A stretch of DNA of 63,352 nucleotides, filler included, from NCBI RefSeq assembly GCF_002087085.1. It is 4 parts of 4 records of this genome, joined end to end, with 100 filler letters (N's around TTAATTAATTAA, not from the genome) between each part and the next. Parts side by side here need not be neighbours in the genome. Positions count along the whole stretch, not along the records: positions 47,954 to 60,575 come from NZ_MWQY01000037.1; 3 more parts are not named here. The stretch is one strand, 5' to 3'. Shown here piece by piece: positions 48,119 through 58,598 of this stretch (position 1 is the first letter of the stretch; the number at the start of each line of letters is the position of its first letter). Position numbers and translations under genes: made by a program. The notes below the pieces were generated by a model, which saw only the letters and a program-made list of their open reading frames with translations, did no database searches and was not told the origin of the DNA.

Positions 48119-48679
48119 TTACGCAAAAAAACCAAGATACTTGGCATCTTCAGATATAGGAAAACATTCGTGTGAATCACTGCTATCGAAATAGATGGAA
48201 TCACCAGGATTTAAAATGTATTTCTTATCCTTTATCCTAACACACAAAATCCCTTCAATAAGGTAAATAAACTCTTGTCCATCATGTGAATCATTATGGG
48301 TCCGAACATTTTTCTTATTTGCATTATAAAGAAAGGCCTGAATTTTATTTTCTTTGTGCTCAGTAGCATAAGGGAAGATATCAAATCCTTTTTCCGTTCG
48401 TATAAAGCTTTTTTCTGCTTTATCCTTATTTGTCAAAACAACGTTAGTCGGGCTTTCTTCCTCTAAAATACTTTGAATATTTGTATTTAATGCCTTTGCT
48501 ATTTTGAACAAAGTACCGGCTGAAGGGAAAATCTTGTCGTTCTCTATTTTTGATATAAGACTCACAGAGAATCCGCTATTTTTAGCAACATCTTTAAGAG
48601 TATATTTAAGCTGCTTCCGTAGTTTTCTTATTCTTTTTCCAATACGAAGCTCTTTTTCCTCTACGGTTGTCGTTAACAT
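48119..48679 (-). CDS. XRE HTH + cupin transcriptional regulator
   Basis: 'IGKRIRKLR...SLISKIEND..PS', 'HDGQEFIY', 'GDSIYFDS..H'. Confidence 0.9.
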   Translation of the reverse strand: MLTTTVEEKELRIGKRIRKLRKQLKYTLKDVAKNSGFSVSLISKIENDKIFPSAGTLFKIAKALNTNIQSILEEESPTNVVLTNKDKAEKSFIRTEKGFDIFPYATEHKENKIQAFLYNANKKNVRTHNDSHDGQEFIYLIEGILCVRIKDKKYILNPGDSIYFDSSDSHECFPISEDAKYLGFFA

Positions 48680-48789
48680 GCTATCTCACCCACAAAAATC
48701 TTTCTGTTAATTATTATGAATAGATGGAGCACAGGACACTTCTTTAATAATTTGTATCTCACAGATACCTCCATATCTAGATTAATAAC

Positions 48790-49959
48790 TTATTCCGCAA
48801 GTTTCAGTATGTTAATAATGTCATCTTTTCCAAGTGAAACAACATTCCCTACAGAACCATTACGGCCATACAAGGTCTTTACAGCTATCTCATTAAAGTT
48901 ATCTTCGCCTATACCTATGTGTTTTAATTTTGTTGGTAATCCAAGAAATGTGAAAAAACTCTCAAGACGGTTTATACCTTCCATAATTGTTTCTTTTGGA
49001 TTTTCAAAATTTTGATCAATATTCCAAACCCTGACAGCAAATTGAAGAAATTTCTCTGATAGTTTCTCTTGAACATATTTTGCCCATGCTGGAAAAATAA
49101 TTGCAAGTCCAGCACCATGTGCCACATCATTTATACTAGACAACTCATGTTCAATAAAATGAGATCCAAAGTCCCCAATACGTCCAGTACTTAGCAAATT
49201 ATTATGCGCTATTGTGGATGCCCACATAATCTCAGCTCTAGCATTATAATCTTTTGGATTTTTACTGACTATATAGGCGTTGTTTATTACAGTCTTCATC
49301 GTGGCTTCACATAGTCTGTCTGTAAAATCGACATTTTTTATATTTGTAAAATATCGCTCCATTACATGTGACAGAATGTCTGCAATTCCACATGCAGTTT
49401 GATATTTTGATAAAGTGAATGTTAATTCCGGATTCATGAAAGTGAATGACGGTCGATTCATTTCCATATTTAGAGGACGTTTCAACATGCCTTCTTCATT
49501 TGTTATAACTGAACTATGTGAGGCCTCACTACCAGCAGCAGGAATAGTTAATACTGATCCTACTCCAAGTTTTTTTTCTGGAGTTGCTTCGCCAGAATAG
49601 AAATTCCAAACATCTCCACTGTATGGTACTCCGACGGCTATTGCTTTAGCAGAATCAATAACACTTCCTCCACCAACTGCGAGTACAAAATTCAGATCAT
49701 TCTCTCGGCATATTTTTATGCCCTCTCGAACAAGACTAAGTCTTGGATTAGGCTGAACCCCACCCAACTCAATAAATCTTATTTTCTCAGATTTAAGAGA
49801 ATGTACAATTCTATCATATAATCCATTCTTTTTTATACTTCCTCCGCCATAATGTAAAAGGCATGACGAAGAATGCTTCTTGACTTCTTTTCCAACATGT
49901 TCCTCGACATCTTTACCAAAAATTATTTTTGTTGGATTTAAAAACTCAAAATTATTCAT
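48790..49959 (-). CDS. Iron-containing alcohol dehydrogenase (butanol dehydrogenase type)
   Basis: 'NPTKIIFG', 'GGGSVIDSAK', 'GSE', 'DILSHVMERY', 'HFIEH', 'AHGAGL'. Confidence 0.93.
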   Translation of the reverse strand: MNNFEFLNPTKIIFGKDVEEHVGKEVKKHSSSCLLHYGGGSIKKNGLYDRIVHSLKSEKIRFIELGGVQPNPRLSLVREGIKICRENDLNFVLAVGGGSVIDSAKAIAVGVPYSGDVWNFYSGEATPEKKLGVGSVLTIPAAGSEASHSSVITNEEGMLKRPLNMEMNRPSFTFMNPELTFTLSKYQTACGIADILSHVMERYFTNIKNVDFTDRLCEATMKTVINNAYIVSKNPKDYNARAEIMWASTIAHNNLLSTGRIGDFGSHFIEHELSSINDVAHGAGLAIIFPAWAKYVQEKLSEKFLQFAVRVWNIDQNFENPKETIMEGINRLESFFTFLGLPTKLKHIGIGEDNFNEIAVKTLYGRNGSVGNVVSLGKDDIINILKLAE

Positions 49960-50082
49960 CCTAAAGCCTCATTTAAGTAACAATCATTTTTGTCTTGCAT
50001 AATCTAAATAGAAAATTATTTTTCTATTTTAGCCTCAATTGTATTTTACAGAAAAAATCTCGTAAATATTTCTTTTTAATTC

Positions 50083-51360
50083 TTAAAAAACCAGATTCGG
50101 AAGAAACATCACGATATCCGGGACAAACGCCATAACCAAAATCAAAGCGAAGACAGACACAAAGAACGGGACAGACTCCTTTGCATAGTCCTCGATTTTC
50201 ACATTCATTATGGAACATGTTGCGTACATCGCCATACCTACTGGTGGTGTCATGTTTCCAAAGGTCAAAGTACTCATCATTATTAAACCATAATGTACAG
50301 GATCTATCCCGGCTTTTACAATTATAGGTGTTAAGATAGGACCAAATATCAACACTGTGGCGTTTGGATCAAGAAACATTCCAGTCACTGCAAAAAATAG
50401 AATAGACAATAGCATAAGCATATTTGGACCGATAGAAAGTTCACTTAATACTTTGTATAGTTCATTACCTATATTATCGTAAGAAACAATATAACCGATG
50501 ATTGCTGACATTGCTATAATTAACATTACCATCGCATTATCTTTTACAGTTGCAATAATTGTTTCCATCATATTTTTATAGTTTAGTTCTTTGTATATAT
50601 ATTTACCAACTATATACGCGTAAATTACGGCAAATGCTCCTGCCTCGGATGGTGTGAATAATCCGAAACGTATACCAATAATTAAAATTAAAGGAAATAT
50701 TAATGCCCAGATACATTCTCTAAAACTTCCTAATATTTCCCTTATTGAAGCAATGGATTCTCGTTCTGGAACATAATCCCTTTTCTTGGCAATAATACCA
50801 GCTACTGACATAAAAAGAATGGTCATCAAAAACCCAGGGACTATGCCTCCTATAAATAACTTTCCTATCGAAACATTGCATACAAAACCAAAGACTATAA
50901 GGCCAAGGCTCGGAGGTATCGTTGCTGTAATCAAACCAGGCATAGCTATTACTGCAGCAGCATAACCAGAGGAATAATTTCTTTCAAGCATCGTAGGACC
51001 AAGCATTCTAGCTTCCATTGCTGCATCTGCGACAGCCGAACCGGATATACCTCCCATTAAAAAGCTAAGAACACAACTTACATGTGCTAATCCACCTGCG
51101 AGATGACCAGTTATTAAAGTAGCGAATCGCATAAGACGTTGTGTAATACCTGAGGAGTTCATCAAATTACCAGCAAGTATAAAGAAAGGCACAGCGAGCA
51201 ACGGAAAAGACTGAGAGGTTCCGGCGATCTTCTGGACAATAATGCTGATTGGCAACTGTTGATCGATTAAAAAGTATACCGTCCCTGATATACCGATTAC
51301 AAAAGCAACAGGCATTCCAAATACCATAAGTATTATAAAAGTACCCACTACATAAATCAA
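50083..51360 (-). CDS. dctM: TRAP large permease
   Basis: 'GGISGSAVAD', 'TIPPS', 'TPPVG'. Confidence 0.93.
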   Translation of the reverse strand: MIYVVGTFIILMVFGMPVAFVIGISGTVYFLIDQQLPISIIVQKIAGTSQSFPLLAVPFFILAGNLMNSSGITQRLMRFATLITGHLAGGLAHVSCVLSFLMGGISGSAVADAAMEARMLGPTMLERNYSSGYAAAVIAMPGLITATIPPSLGLIVFGFVCNVSIGKLFIGGIVPGFLMTILFMSVAGIIAKKRDYVPERESIASIREILGSFRECIWALIFPLILIIGIRFGLFTPSEAGAFAVIYAYIVGKYIYKELNYKNMMETIIATVKDNAMVMLIIAMSAIIGYIVSYDNIGNELYKVLSELSIGPNMLMLLSILFFAVTGMFLDPNATVLIFGPILTPIIVKAGIDPVHYGLIMMSTLTFGNMTPPVGMAMYATCSIMNVKIEDYAKESVPFFVSVFALILVMAFVPDIVMFLPNLVF

Positions 51361-51400
51361 TTTATATCTCCTAAAACAATATTATTCATGAAATTAGTTA

Positions 51401-51883
51401 TTAACGTCTTACAGTCATAGACTTCAACTCTAAAAAGCTTTTATAAATTTCGACAGCCGAAGTAACTAACATTGACGTTGCTCCGATAGGCACACTTATG
51501 GTGCATACAGAGTAACTAATTCTAAATGATTGAAAAGTTCGTCCAATATTCTCGTAACTTAGCTGAAAGCCATAAAAAATTAATATGCACAAGAAAAAGG
51601 AAATTATAATATTGTTAATTATCCGTACAATAATCTGTTTATCCTCTGGAAATTTTTCAACAATTAAATCAATACCAATGTGGCCTTTATACCTGTAAAC
51701 AATATCTGCTCCCAGGAAAATTAACCACGCAAAAAGCAGTTGAGCTATTTCGACAGACCAAATAATTGGTCTGTCAAAAAAACGCGTAATTGATGAAATA
51801 AATACCAAGATTACAATCGCAACAAGAAAATACCCGGCTATTTTTTCTTCAATCCTTATAGCTGTTCTATATAATCGCTTCAT
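51401..51883 (-). CDS. dctQ: TRAP small permease
   Basis: 'PIIWSVEIAQ..FAWLIFLG...HIGID'. Confidence 0.88.
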   Translation of the reverse strand: MKRLYRTAIRIEEKIAGYFLVAIVILVFISSITRFFDRPIIWSVEIAQLLFAWLIFLGADIVYRYKGHIGIDLIVEKFPEDKQIIVRIINNIIISFFLCILIFYGFQLSYENIGRTFQSFRISYSVCTISVPIGATSMLVTSAVEIYKSFLELKSMTVRR

Positions 51884-51901
51884 AATTCTTTGATCAGGCA
51901 A

Positions 51902-52900
51902 TTAGTTGCTTTCTATTTCCTTTCTTATTTCGTCATATAGTTCTTTGTATCCCAATTTGTCATAGACTTTTCTGGTTGCTTCTCGGAAAAGATCTACATC
52001 AGGTTCTATTATTGTCATACCATTTTCCTGCAAAACCTGTTCGTAATACTTTCGTTTTTCAACCATATCTCGTACCTGCATATCTCCAACTCTAGCAGCT
52101 TCCTCTCTTAACAATATCTGTAAGTCTTCAGGTAATTTATAGAACCATTTACTACCGACCGCGATACCATTAAGCAGATGAAAATGCCCGGTTTTACTGA
52201 CATATTTGGCTACTTCATAGAGTCGTGAGCCATCTATTGCTGAAAACTGAGCTTCCAAACCATCGACAACTTTCTGCTGAATTGCCTGATATGCTTCTGA
52301 CCATGGCATTGCTGTTCCTACACCACCCATCGCATTTATTGATTCTATATAGATTGGGGCTCCCATCGTACGAATTCGGAGTCCATTTAAATCATCTGGC
52401 GTTCGTACAGGTTGGTTTGTGACAAAATGTCTCTGTCCTGAAAACCAGTTAGTTGACAACTCAACAATACCATGCTTTTCATCTAATTCTTTTACCCATC
52501 TCTTGTAAGCAGAAGTTTCCATAATTTTATTAACCTGGAAAATATCATCTAACAAGAAAGGACCTGCCATTATTCCCATTTCAGGTACGATTGTAGAAAA
52601 TCGACCCGGATCACTTAGAAATCCGATATCGGCACCAACCTTAGCCTGCTCCTGGGTATCTTCGGTGGAACCCAATTGGCTGGAATGAAAAACAGATACT
52701 TTCAGTCTCCCATTTGACTTTTTTTCCAATTCATCCGCAAGAATTTGCATATGAACAGTAACCGGGTCATCAGCAGTTACGGCAGTTGTTAGTCGTAATG
52801 TATATACTTCTTCTTTGGCTCCAGTTCCATCTTGCGCACCTCCACCAAATGCCAATGTAGCCATCAAAGAACACAACATAAGGACTACGATCTTTTTCAT
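51902..52900 (-). CDS. dctP: TRAP solute-binding subunit
   Basis: Leader MKKIVV..., 'GQRHF', 'GLRIRT', 'VVDGLE'. Confidence 0.9.
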   Translation of the reverse strand: MKKIVVLMLCSLMATLAFGGGAQDGTGAKEEVYTLRLTTAVTADDPVTVHMQILADELEKKSNGRLKVSVFHSSQLGSTEDTQEQAKVGADIGFLSDPGRFSTIVPEMGIMAGPFLLDDIFQVNKIMETSAYKRWVKELDEKHGIVELSTNWFSGQRHFVTNQPVRTPDDLNGLRIRTMGAPIYIESINAMGGVGTAMPWSEAYQAIQQKVVDGLEAQFSAIDGSRLYEVAKYVSKTGHFHLLNGIAVGSKWFYKLPEDLQILLREEAARVGDMQVRDMVEKRKYYEQVLQENGMTIIEPDVDLFREATRKVYDKLGYKELYDEIRKEIESN

Positions 52901-53396
52901 GATACTTCCCCTTTGCAAAATAATATTTTCAAAAAAGTAAAATTATATATATAATTTTACTTAGAAGAAACATTTTAACCAGTATTTATAGGTCATTTAT
53001 TGTGTACAATCCTTTCTTTTAACGAAAAAATATCGTTAAATATATATAAAGTAAGTATTTGCAATGTATATGACATAATTACTCTATCAATGTCTTTGAT
53101 ACTTTCATTTTTATGATAGTTCAACTTTTACTATCTGTCAAACTGAAATTTTAAAAAATATGCACATATCATATAATTCAGCCTCTATGATGAAATAACT
53201 AAACTGGTTTTATCTAAATTACATAAGTACGGTAGAAAAGGGACTAAAGAGAGATTTCATATATTATTCATTATTATACGTGATGAAACTTAGAGAAAGA
53301 AGCTGCCATTTTTAAATTAAAGCTTTACGCAATATATAAATATTTTACTATTCTGACATGATAAATAGAAACCCAGCAATTGATAATTGCTATAAG

Positions 53397-54535
53397 TGTA
53401 TTTGCAGGTCCAAAGCGGACACTTTTTCCGATCTTCCGGAATTGCCTTATAAGGAAATCTTCGATCAAAAACGAGCTACTGCCTATAATGATGGTAACAA
53501 CACTACTGGAGTACTTCATGCCAAGAGCGAGGATAAAATTGAAACTGTTACGAAAATTACTTTCTCTCACGTAGGGGAATAACCTAAGTCTCAGGGAAAC
53601 CAAACAGCTTTCAGGAATCCCAAGAACGACCATCAATGATTTTCTTGTACGGTTCCGGCGGTGCGGAATCTCTTATGATGTGAGCCTGAATCTCAACGTT
53701 ATGAAGCGGATTTAACTCCTGTGGAAAAAACAGGAGGAAAGTGAACAGTACACCACATTGGTATCAATCTTTACTAAGTACGGCCGCCGCTTCTAAAGCG
53801 CGGTCAGTACACTACTCATTCAGCACATATGCCGCCGAAACACCAGTTTGTCCATTCCTTGTCCGCTGAACGGTTTCAAACCTGGGCCCGCTCGATAGGA
53901 AAAGAAACCTGCCTAGTGGTTTCTCATCTGTTAAACTGTAAGCCCCATAAAAATCAGGCCTACGAATCCTGCCTCAGGGCTCTCTCCCTGGCTAAAAAGC
54001 ATAGAAACGAAGATTTGAACCTGGACTGCCGCAGGGCTTCAATTACGACCGGATCAGCTTCAAAGAAGTAAAACTGTATCTGAAGGACCTGATAGACAGC
54101 AAGAACGATTCTACGGGGAATGAGCAGATTCTCCCCTTTGCCACCCATAAAAACCTCAGGGTCAAAGCCGTTTACAAATAACAGGAGCAATCAGTGAACA
54201 ACCACGTTACAATCAATAAATTAAGCCAGATGCGCCTTCATGGCATGGTTACGACCTATAGGACGCTCATGGAGACCGGAAAAAATATGAACTTGACCAC
54301 TGACGAGGTAGTCAGCTATCCGGTGAACGCGGAATGGTATAAGAAACACAACCAACGACTGGACCGTTTACTCCGTGCCGCGCGATTCCGTTACCATACC
54401 GGCCTTGGAGAAATCGACTACTCCCTGGATGGGACTGTTGATAAAAACCAGATTCTACGGCTCTCAGACTGCTCCTGTATCGATAAGGGACAGGACATTC
54501 TTATAAGCGGTCCCACGGAGTTCCCGGTATATTAA
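53397..54535 (+). pseudogene. Degenerate, internally deleted IS21-family element (istA fragments + truncated istB)
   Basis: istA N-terminus from 53518 'MPRARIK..RKLLSL*..LSLRE...PRTT', istA C-terminus 'HMPPKH...WARSIG...QAYESC', and istB 54194-54535 ending at the Walker A 'ISGPT'. Possible TG end at 53397. Confidence 0.75.
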
Positions 54536-54539
54536 AGTA

Positions 54540-55231
54540 CTACTAACCGGGTTCAGCGAGTATCTTCTTCAGACCGATGGATAGGAAGCCTATGAGACAT
54601 TTCTCACCAGTAACGATGGTATTATTGATGTTGGTTGTATGGCGCATGCCCTCCTGAAGTTCCGCGAAGCTTCCAAGGCAACCAAGAAATCAGCAAGTGC
54701 GCAGGAAGCCATGAACAGGATCAGACAGCGCTACGTGCGAGAAAGAGGCTTTACGCAGTAAGGATTCGCTGTCTGAGCAGTTCGCAGTTTGTCGTAGAGC
54801 GAAAGAGCAAGGCAGAACCGGTCATAGGCAGTTCAAAGAGTGGCTTGAGAAGCGCAGTCTGCAGGTGCCACTGTCTCTGCTTCGGGGAATTCGATTCAGT
54901 ATACTCTGAATGAATGGCCTGAACTTGTTCAATACCTCGATTCACCGTATCTATCCCCGGACAATAACAGTGCAGAACTGGCTATCAGGACTTTTGTCGT
55001 CGGCAGGAAGAACTGGCTCTTCTCGGAAAAATCCAAAGGGGTTGAGAGTTCCTGCGCTATGCATTCACTACTTGAGACAGCACAACAAAACAACGCTAAT
55101 CCCAATGTTTATGTGCGAGCAATCTTTGAAATGGCCTAATCTGCACGGACTGAGGAAGATTGGAAGACGCTCCTCCTCTGGAACATCAATCGTTGAATTT
55201 TTCCATAGCTTGCAGTTTATTTGAAGCTTAC
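54540..55231 (+). pseudogene. Degenerate IS66 tnpC remnant with right end
   Basis: Frameshifted motifs 'LQTDG', 'GCMAH', 'DNNSAELAIRTFVVGRKNWLFS'. Ends ...GTTTATTTGAAGCTTAC at 55231, resembling the reverse complement of the IS66 end at 47799. Confidence 0.8.
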
Positions 55232-55319
55232 CAATAATCACAATAAATCCTCACAAAAATTAACATATCTGTTACCGACTCCTCAGTAAGCGAATAGTAA
55301 GTATGTAACGGAGGACAAG

Positions 55320-55535
55320 ATGGCGTTAAACAAATTTCTAAATACAACACTTCTTACATACAACCAGGCGGCAGCACTTCTAAACATCTCACCAGGTACC
55401 CTTCGACGGTGGGTCATGCAAAAAAAGATTCCGTACATCAAGTTATTAAATCGCTCTGTTCGCTTTGAAGCAAAGGAGCTTGAGAGGTGGGTCAAACAAC
55501 AGACAAGAACTCAGGAGGTTCAAAATGATAACTGA
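55320..55535 (+). CDS. Excisionase-like HTH protein
   Basis: 'LLTYNQAAALLNISPGTLRRWV..KKIPYIK...VRF..ELERW'; GGAGG RBS. Confidence 0.88.
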   Translation: MALNKFLNTTLLTYNQAAALLNISPGTLRRWVMQKKIPYIKLLNRSVRFEAKELERWVKQQTRTQEVQNDN

Positions 55536-55683
55536 TCTTATACCGTATTTTAAGTGGATCATGGAAACACTTGATAAACTTAAGTTTGGAGAAATTACCC
55601 TCTCCATAATTGTTCATGAGGGTAAGATTAGACGATTTAAACAGTCGGTAGAAGAAAGCCATCTCCCGGAGAACAAATCATGA
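55525..55683 (+). CDS. Small DUF2292/YezD-like protein
   Basis: 'LKFGEITLSIIVHEGKI'; AGGAGG RBS; overlaps both neighbours. Confidence 0.6.
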   Translation: MITDLIPYFKWIMETLDKLKFGEITLSIIVHEGKIRRFKQSVEESHLPENKS

Positions 55684-56279
55684 ATAATCAACTTAAACGA
55701 ACCACGTTCTCTATGAACCGGGTGTCGGAATATTTCTCTGAGAAAAAACTTAATATGCAGATCGGTCATAACCGATCTGCATGGAAGTTAGCTATTCTCA
55801 AAGAACTAATAGATAATGCCTTGGATGAGTGCAAGAAGCAAAGGATCCAACCACGAATTAATATTCTTATCAAGGAATCTTACTTCGAGGGCAGTGATAA
55901 TGGGACTGGTATTCCTGTATCGACTATAACTAAGTCTTTGGATTATAGTATCAGCGTATCCGATAAGCAATTCTATATCTCTCCTAGCAGAGGCCAGTTA
56001 GGTAATGCCATGAAAACAATCTGAGCTGCGCCATTAGTCGATTCCGACAAAGCTATTTTCGTAATTGAGGTACAGGGAATTTTTCACCGTTTTGAGGTGT
56101 CCTTTGATAAATTAAAACAAGAGCCTATCATTCAACATTGTAAAGAAACAATGTTTATTGTTAAACCAGGAACAAGATTTAGGATCTATTGGAGGGATTC
56201 AGCTTGCCTACTCAATAAACATACTAATTCACTTTCTTACAATATAACGCTTATGATCTCGTCTTTGCCAATTCTTTAA
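55680..56279 (+). pseudogene. GHKL ATPase, topoisomerase VI subunit B-like, with in-frame TGA and truncation
   Basis: 'KELIDNALD', 'DNGTGI', 'SRGQLGNAMK'. The frame continues after the TGA at 56022-56024 into the 56097-56279 ORF. Confidence 0.7.
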
Positions 56280-56492
56280 TGAAGTAATCCAGCAGATATT
56301 TGGGACTTAGCGGTGTGGAACATTGCAAAAGGAGTTCTGGACGTAGATTCTGACATAGGGTGAGGAGCTGTCTGATAGGAACTGTCTGATATTTCCAAAA
56401 CAGAGATCAACAGAAAAACACAAAAAGTTGACATATTTTTATGTTATATATACAATTAATCACAAGCGGACACGCTCGGTAACATATTGAAA

Positions 56493-56539
56493 TCGGGCTC
56501 ATAACCCGGAGGTCGCAGGTTCGAGTCCTGCCCCTGCTA
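56493..56539 (+). pseudogene. 3' half of tRNA-Met(CAT), probable att-site duplication
   Basis: TCGGG-CTCATAA-CCCGG anticodon arm, GCAGG-TTCGAGT-CCTGC T-arm and CCCTGCTA; no pairable 5' acceptor strand or D-arm upstream. Confidence 0.82.
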
Positions 56540-56540
56540 T

Positions 56541-56580
56541 AAAAAGCACCGAAGTCCTTTAGGGCTTTGGTGCTTTTTTA
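56541..56580 (+). terminator. Intrinsic terminator after the tRNA fragment
   Basis: AAAAAGCACCGAAGTCC-ttta-GGGCTTTGGTGCTTTTT. Confidence 0.8.
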
Positions 56581-56712
56581 TTGTAGAAAGCAGAACGAGT
56601 GTAGACTCGCACATTAAATTAAACAAACCTGTGTAGAAAATCTCAAGAACAGTTACACAATCTCGCAAATGATTTAGGGAGGGATTCCATGTGTCCGACA
56701 TAAAAAAGAGCA

Positions 56713-57291
56713 ATGGTTAAGAAGTTGACGCTTCCCATTGCTCTTAAAACTCTCCCCGAGGGGAAAAAATCGTTACTTATTTGTCGGATAGAATTAGAAA
56801 AAGTTCAAGAGCTTGGGAAGAAATTTCGATGGAAAAATCCCGGAAGGTGTCTTGTCTGTGGGAGTACCCGCCTGTGGGGCCATGGATTTGTCCTGAGGTA
56901 TTTCTTTGGATTTGCTTCAGGAGTGTGGATAAAACGATGGCGGTGCCCGGAATGCGGGTCCGTTCATACCGTGCGACCTGAAAGCTTTCTTCCCGGGATG
57001 CAGTATCCGAAATCTACCCAGCGATCAAGTCTGGAATCGAAACTTGCCGGGAAATCTTTTCTTAAGACAGTCTCCCGCCAGATTCAGCAGCACTGGTGGC
57101 GAACATTCCGTCATCTCTGTCGGGAATCGGGAAACTGGACTGACCTTCGGAAGTTCCTGACCGAGCACCTTCTCCCGGATCAGTTGCCGGTGACAAAGCG
57201 ACGAATCTACCGTGCAAGCTGGCCGACAGCAGTATCTCCCTACCTGCCTTTTGCGCTGACAGTCAGACCGCCCCCATTTAGTTTTGAGTGA
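56713..57291 (+). CDS. Zinc-finger protein (DUF6431-like) of the transposon; start uncertain
   Basis: 'CLVCGS..LWGHG' and 'RWRCPECG..HT..P'. Confidence 0.75.
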   Translation: MVKKLTLPIALKTLPEGKKSLLICRIELEKVQELGKKFRWKNPGRCLVCGSTRLWGHGFVLRYFFGFASGVWIKRWRCPECGSVHTVRPESFLPGMQYPKSTQRSSLESKLAGKSFLKTVSRQIQQHWWRTFRHLCRESGNWTDLRKFLTEHLLPDQLPVTKRRIYRASWPTAVSPYLPFALTVRPPPFSFE

Positions 57292-57320
57292 ACGAAATTA
57301 CTTCACTCAAAGGAGAAAAA

Positions 57321-58598
57321 ATGGACCGGGAAAAGCAGGAGAAAATCGCCGTATTTCGTTTTGGCGTCATCTTTCCGCTTGTGGAGAAGGACCTTCACGA
57401 ATACTGGGGAGAAAAGGAGCGCATTCTTAAGGAACTGGTCAGCAAAGAATGGGAGATCCCGTACTCAAAGCGGACCTACATCAGCAAGGCCACTCTGTTG
57501 AACTGGGTAAAGCGCTATGAAGACGGCGGGCGTAAGATCGAAGCATTGTTCCCCGAAAGCCGCGGCGATCGGGGTAGGATGAGGAGCATCTCCGATGAGC
57601 AGATTGATGCGCTTATGAGACTTCGAAGTGAGAACCCAAAACTTTCTACGCCTCGGCTTGTAGAAAAGGCTCAAGGAGCACGAGTGTTTCCGCCGGGCAC
57701 CGAGGTCTCCATGGCCAGTATCTACCGGCTTTTGAAGATCCGCAAAGCAAAGCGACAGAAGAGTGAGCAGGATATGCGGAAGTTCGAGGTGCAGATGTCC
57801 AACGATCTGTGGCAGTCGGACTGCATGCATGGCCCGCAGATCGTTATCAATGGGAAAAAGCGCAAGACCTATCTGTTTGCCATCATCGACGACCACAGCC
57901 GACTGATTACTCATGGTCAGTTTTACCCGGCTGAGAACCTGGAGAATTACCTGGACTGCCTGTGGACAGCAATGCGCAAACGAGGACTGCCAAGAAAGCT
58001 GTATGTGGACAATGGAGCCTCCTTCAGGGCCCACCGGCTACAGCTGGGCTGTGCAGCTCTTGAAGTTGGCTTAAAGTACGCCAGGCCGTATCGTCCCCAG
58101 GGGAAGGGAAAGATTGAGCGTTTTTTCCGTACCGTCAGGATGCAGTTCCTGCCAGAGCTGAATGAGAACCTGGACCTTGAGAAGATCAACGAATTGTTTG
58201 CCCGGTATATAGAACACCAGTACCACCAGAGGATACACGGAACGACCGGTCAGAAACCGATAGACCGATACCTGGCAGATGTGAAGGCGCTCAGGAAAGC
58301 ACCGGATGACCTTCCTGAGTATTTCCGGAAGCAGGAGATCCGAAAAGTGAACAAAGACCGCACCGTGCAGTTGTCCGGACGACTCTATGAGGCTCCGGCC
58401 GGGCTTGTGGGGATGAAAGTCGTCCTGCGGTACGAGAATACCGACCGAATTGAAGTGTTCGTTGATGAGAAGTCACGGGGATTCCTGAAAGACCTCAATC
58501 AGGAAGTAAACAGTCGCATTAAACGCGATCGCCCAGATCCAAGCGGCCCGACTATAACCGGCGGACAGCTGTTTGAACGAACGGCGGGAGGACGATGA
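57321..58598 (+). CDS. DDE (rve) transposase with Mu-like C-terminal domain
   Basis: 'LWQSD', 'IDDHSR', 'YVDNG', 'GKGKIERFFRT', 'RKVNKDRTV'; AGGAG RBS. Confidence 0.92.
   Translation: MDREKQEKIAVFRFGVIFPLVEKDLHEYWGEKERILKELVSKEWEIPYSKRTYISKATLLNWVKRYEDGGRKIEALFPESRGDRGRMRSISDEQIDALMRLRSENPKLSTPRLVEKAQGARVFPPGTEVSMASIYRLLKIRKAKRQKSEQDMRKFEVQMSNDLWQSDCMHGPQIVINGKKRKTYLFAIIDDHSRLITHGQFYPAENLENYLDCLWTAMRKRGLPRKLYVDNGASFRAHRLQLGCAALEVGLKYARPYRPQGKGKIERFFRTVRMQFLPELNENLDLEKINELFARYIEHQYHQRIHGTTGQKPIDRYLADVKALRKAPDDLPEYFRKQEIRKVNKDRTVQLSGRLYEAPAGLVGMKVVLRYENTDRIEVFVDEKSRGFLKDLNQEVNSRIKRDRPDPSGPTITGGQLFERTAGGR

Noticed and set aside
56465..56539. Intact tRNA-Met
   Set aside because: Upstream AGCGGAC pairs only partly with the acceptor 3' strand and no D-stem forms, so it is treated as a 3' fragment.
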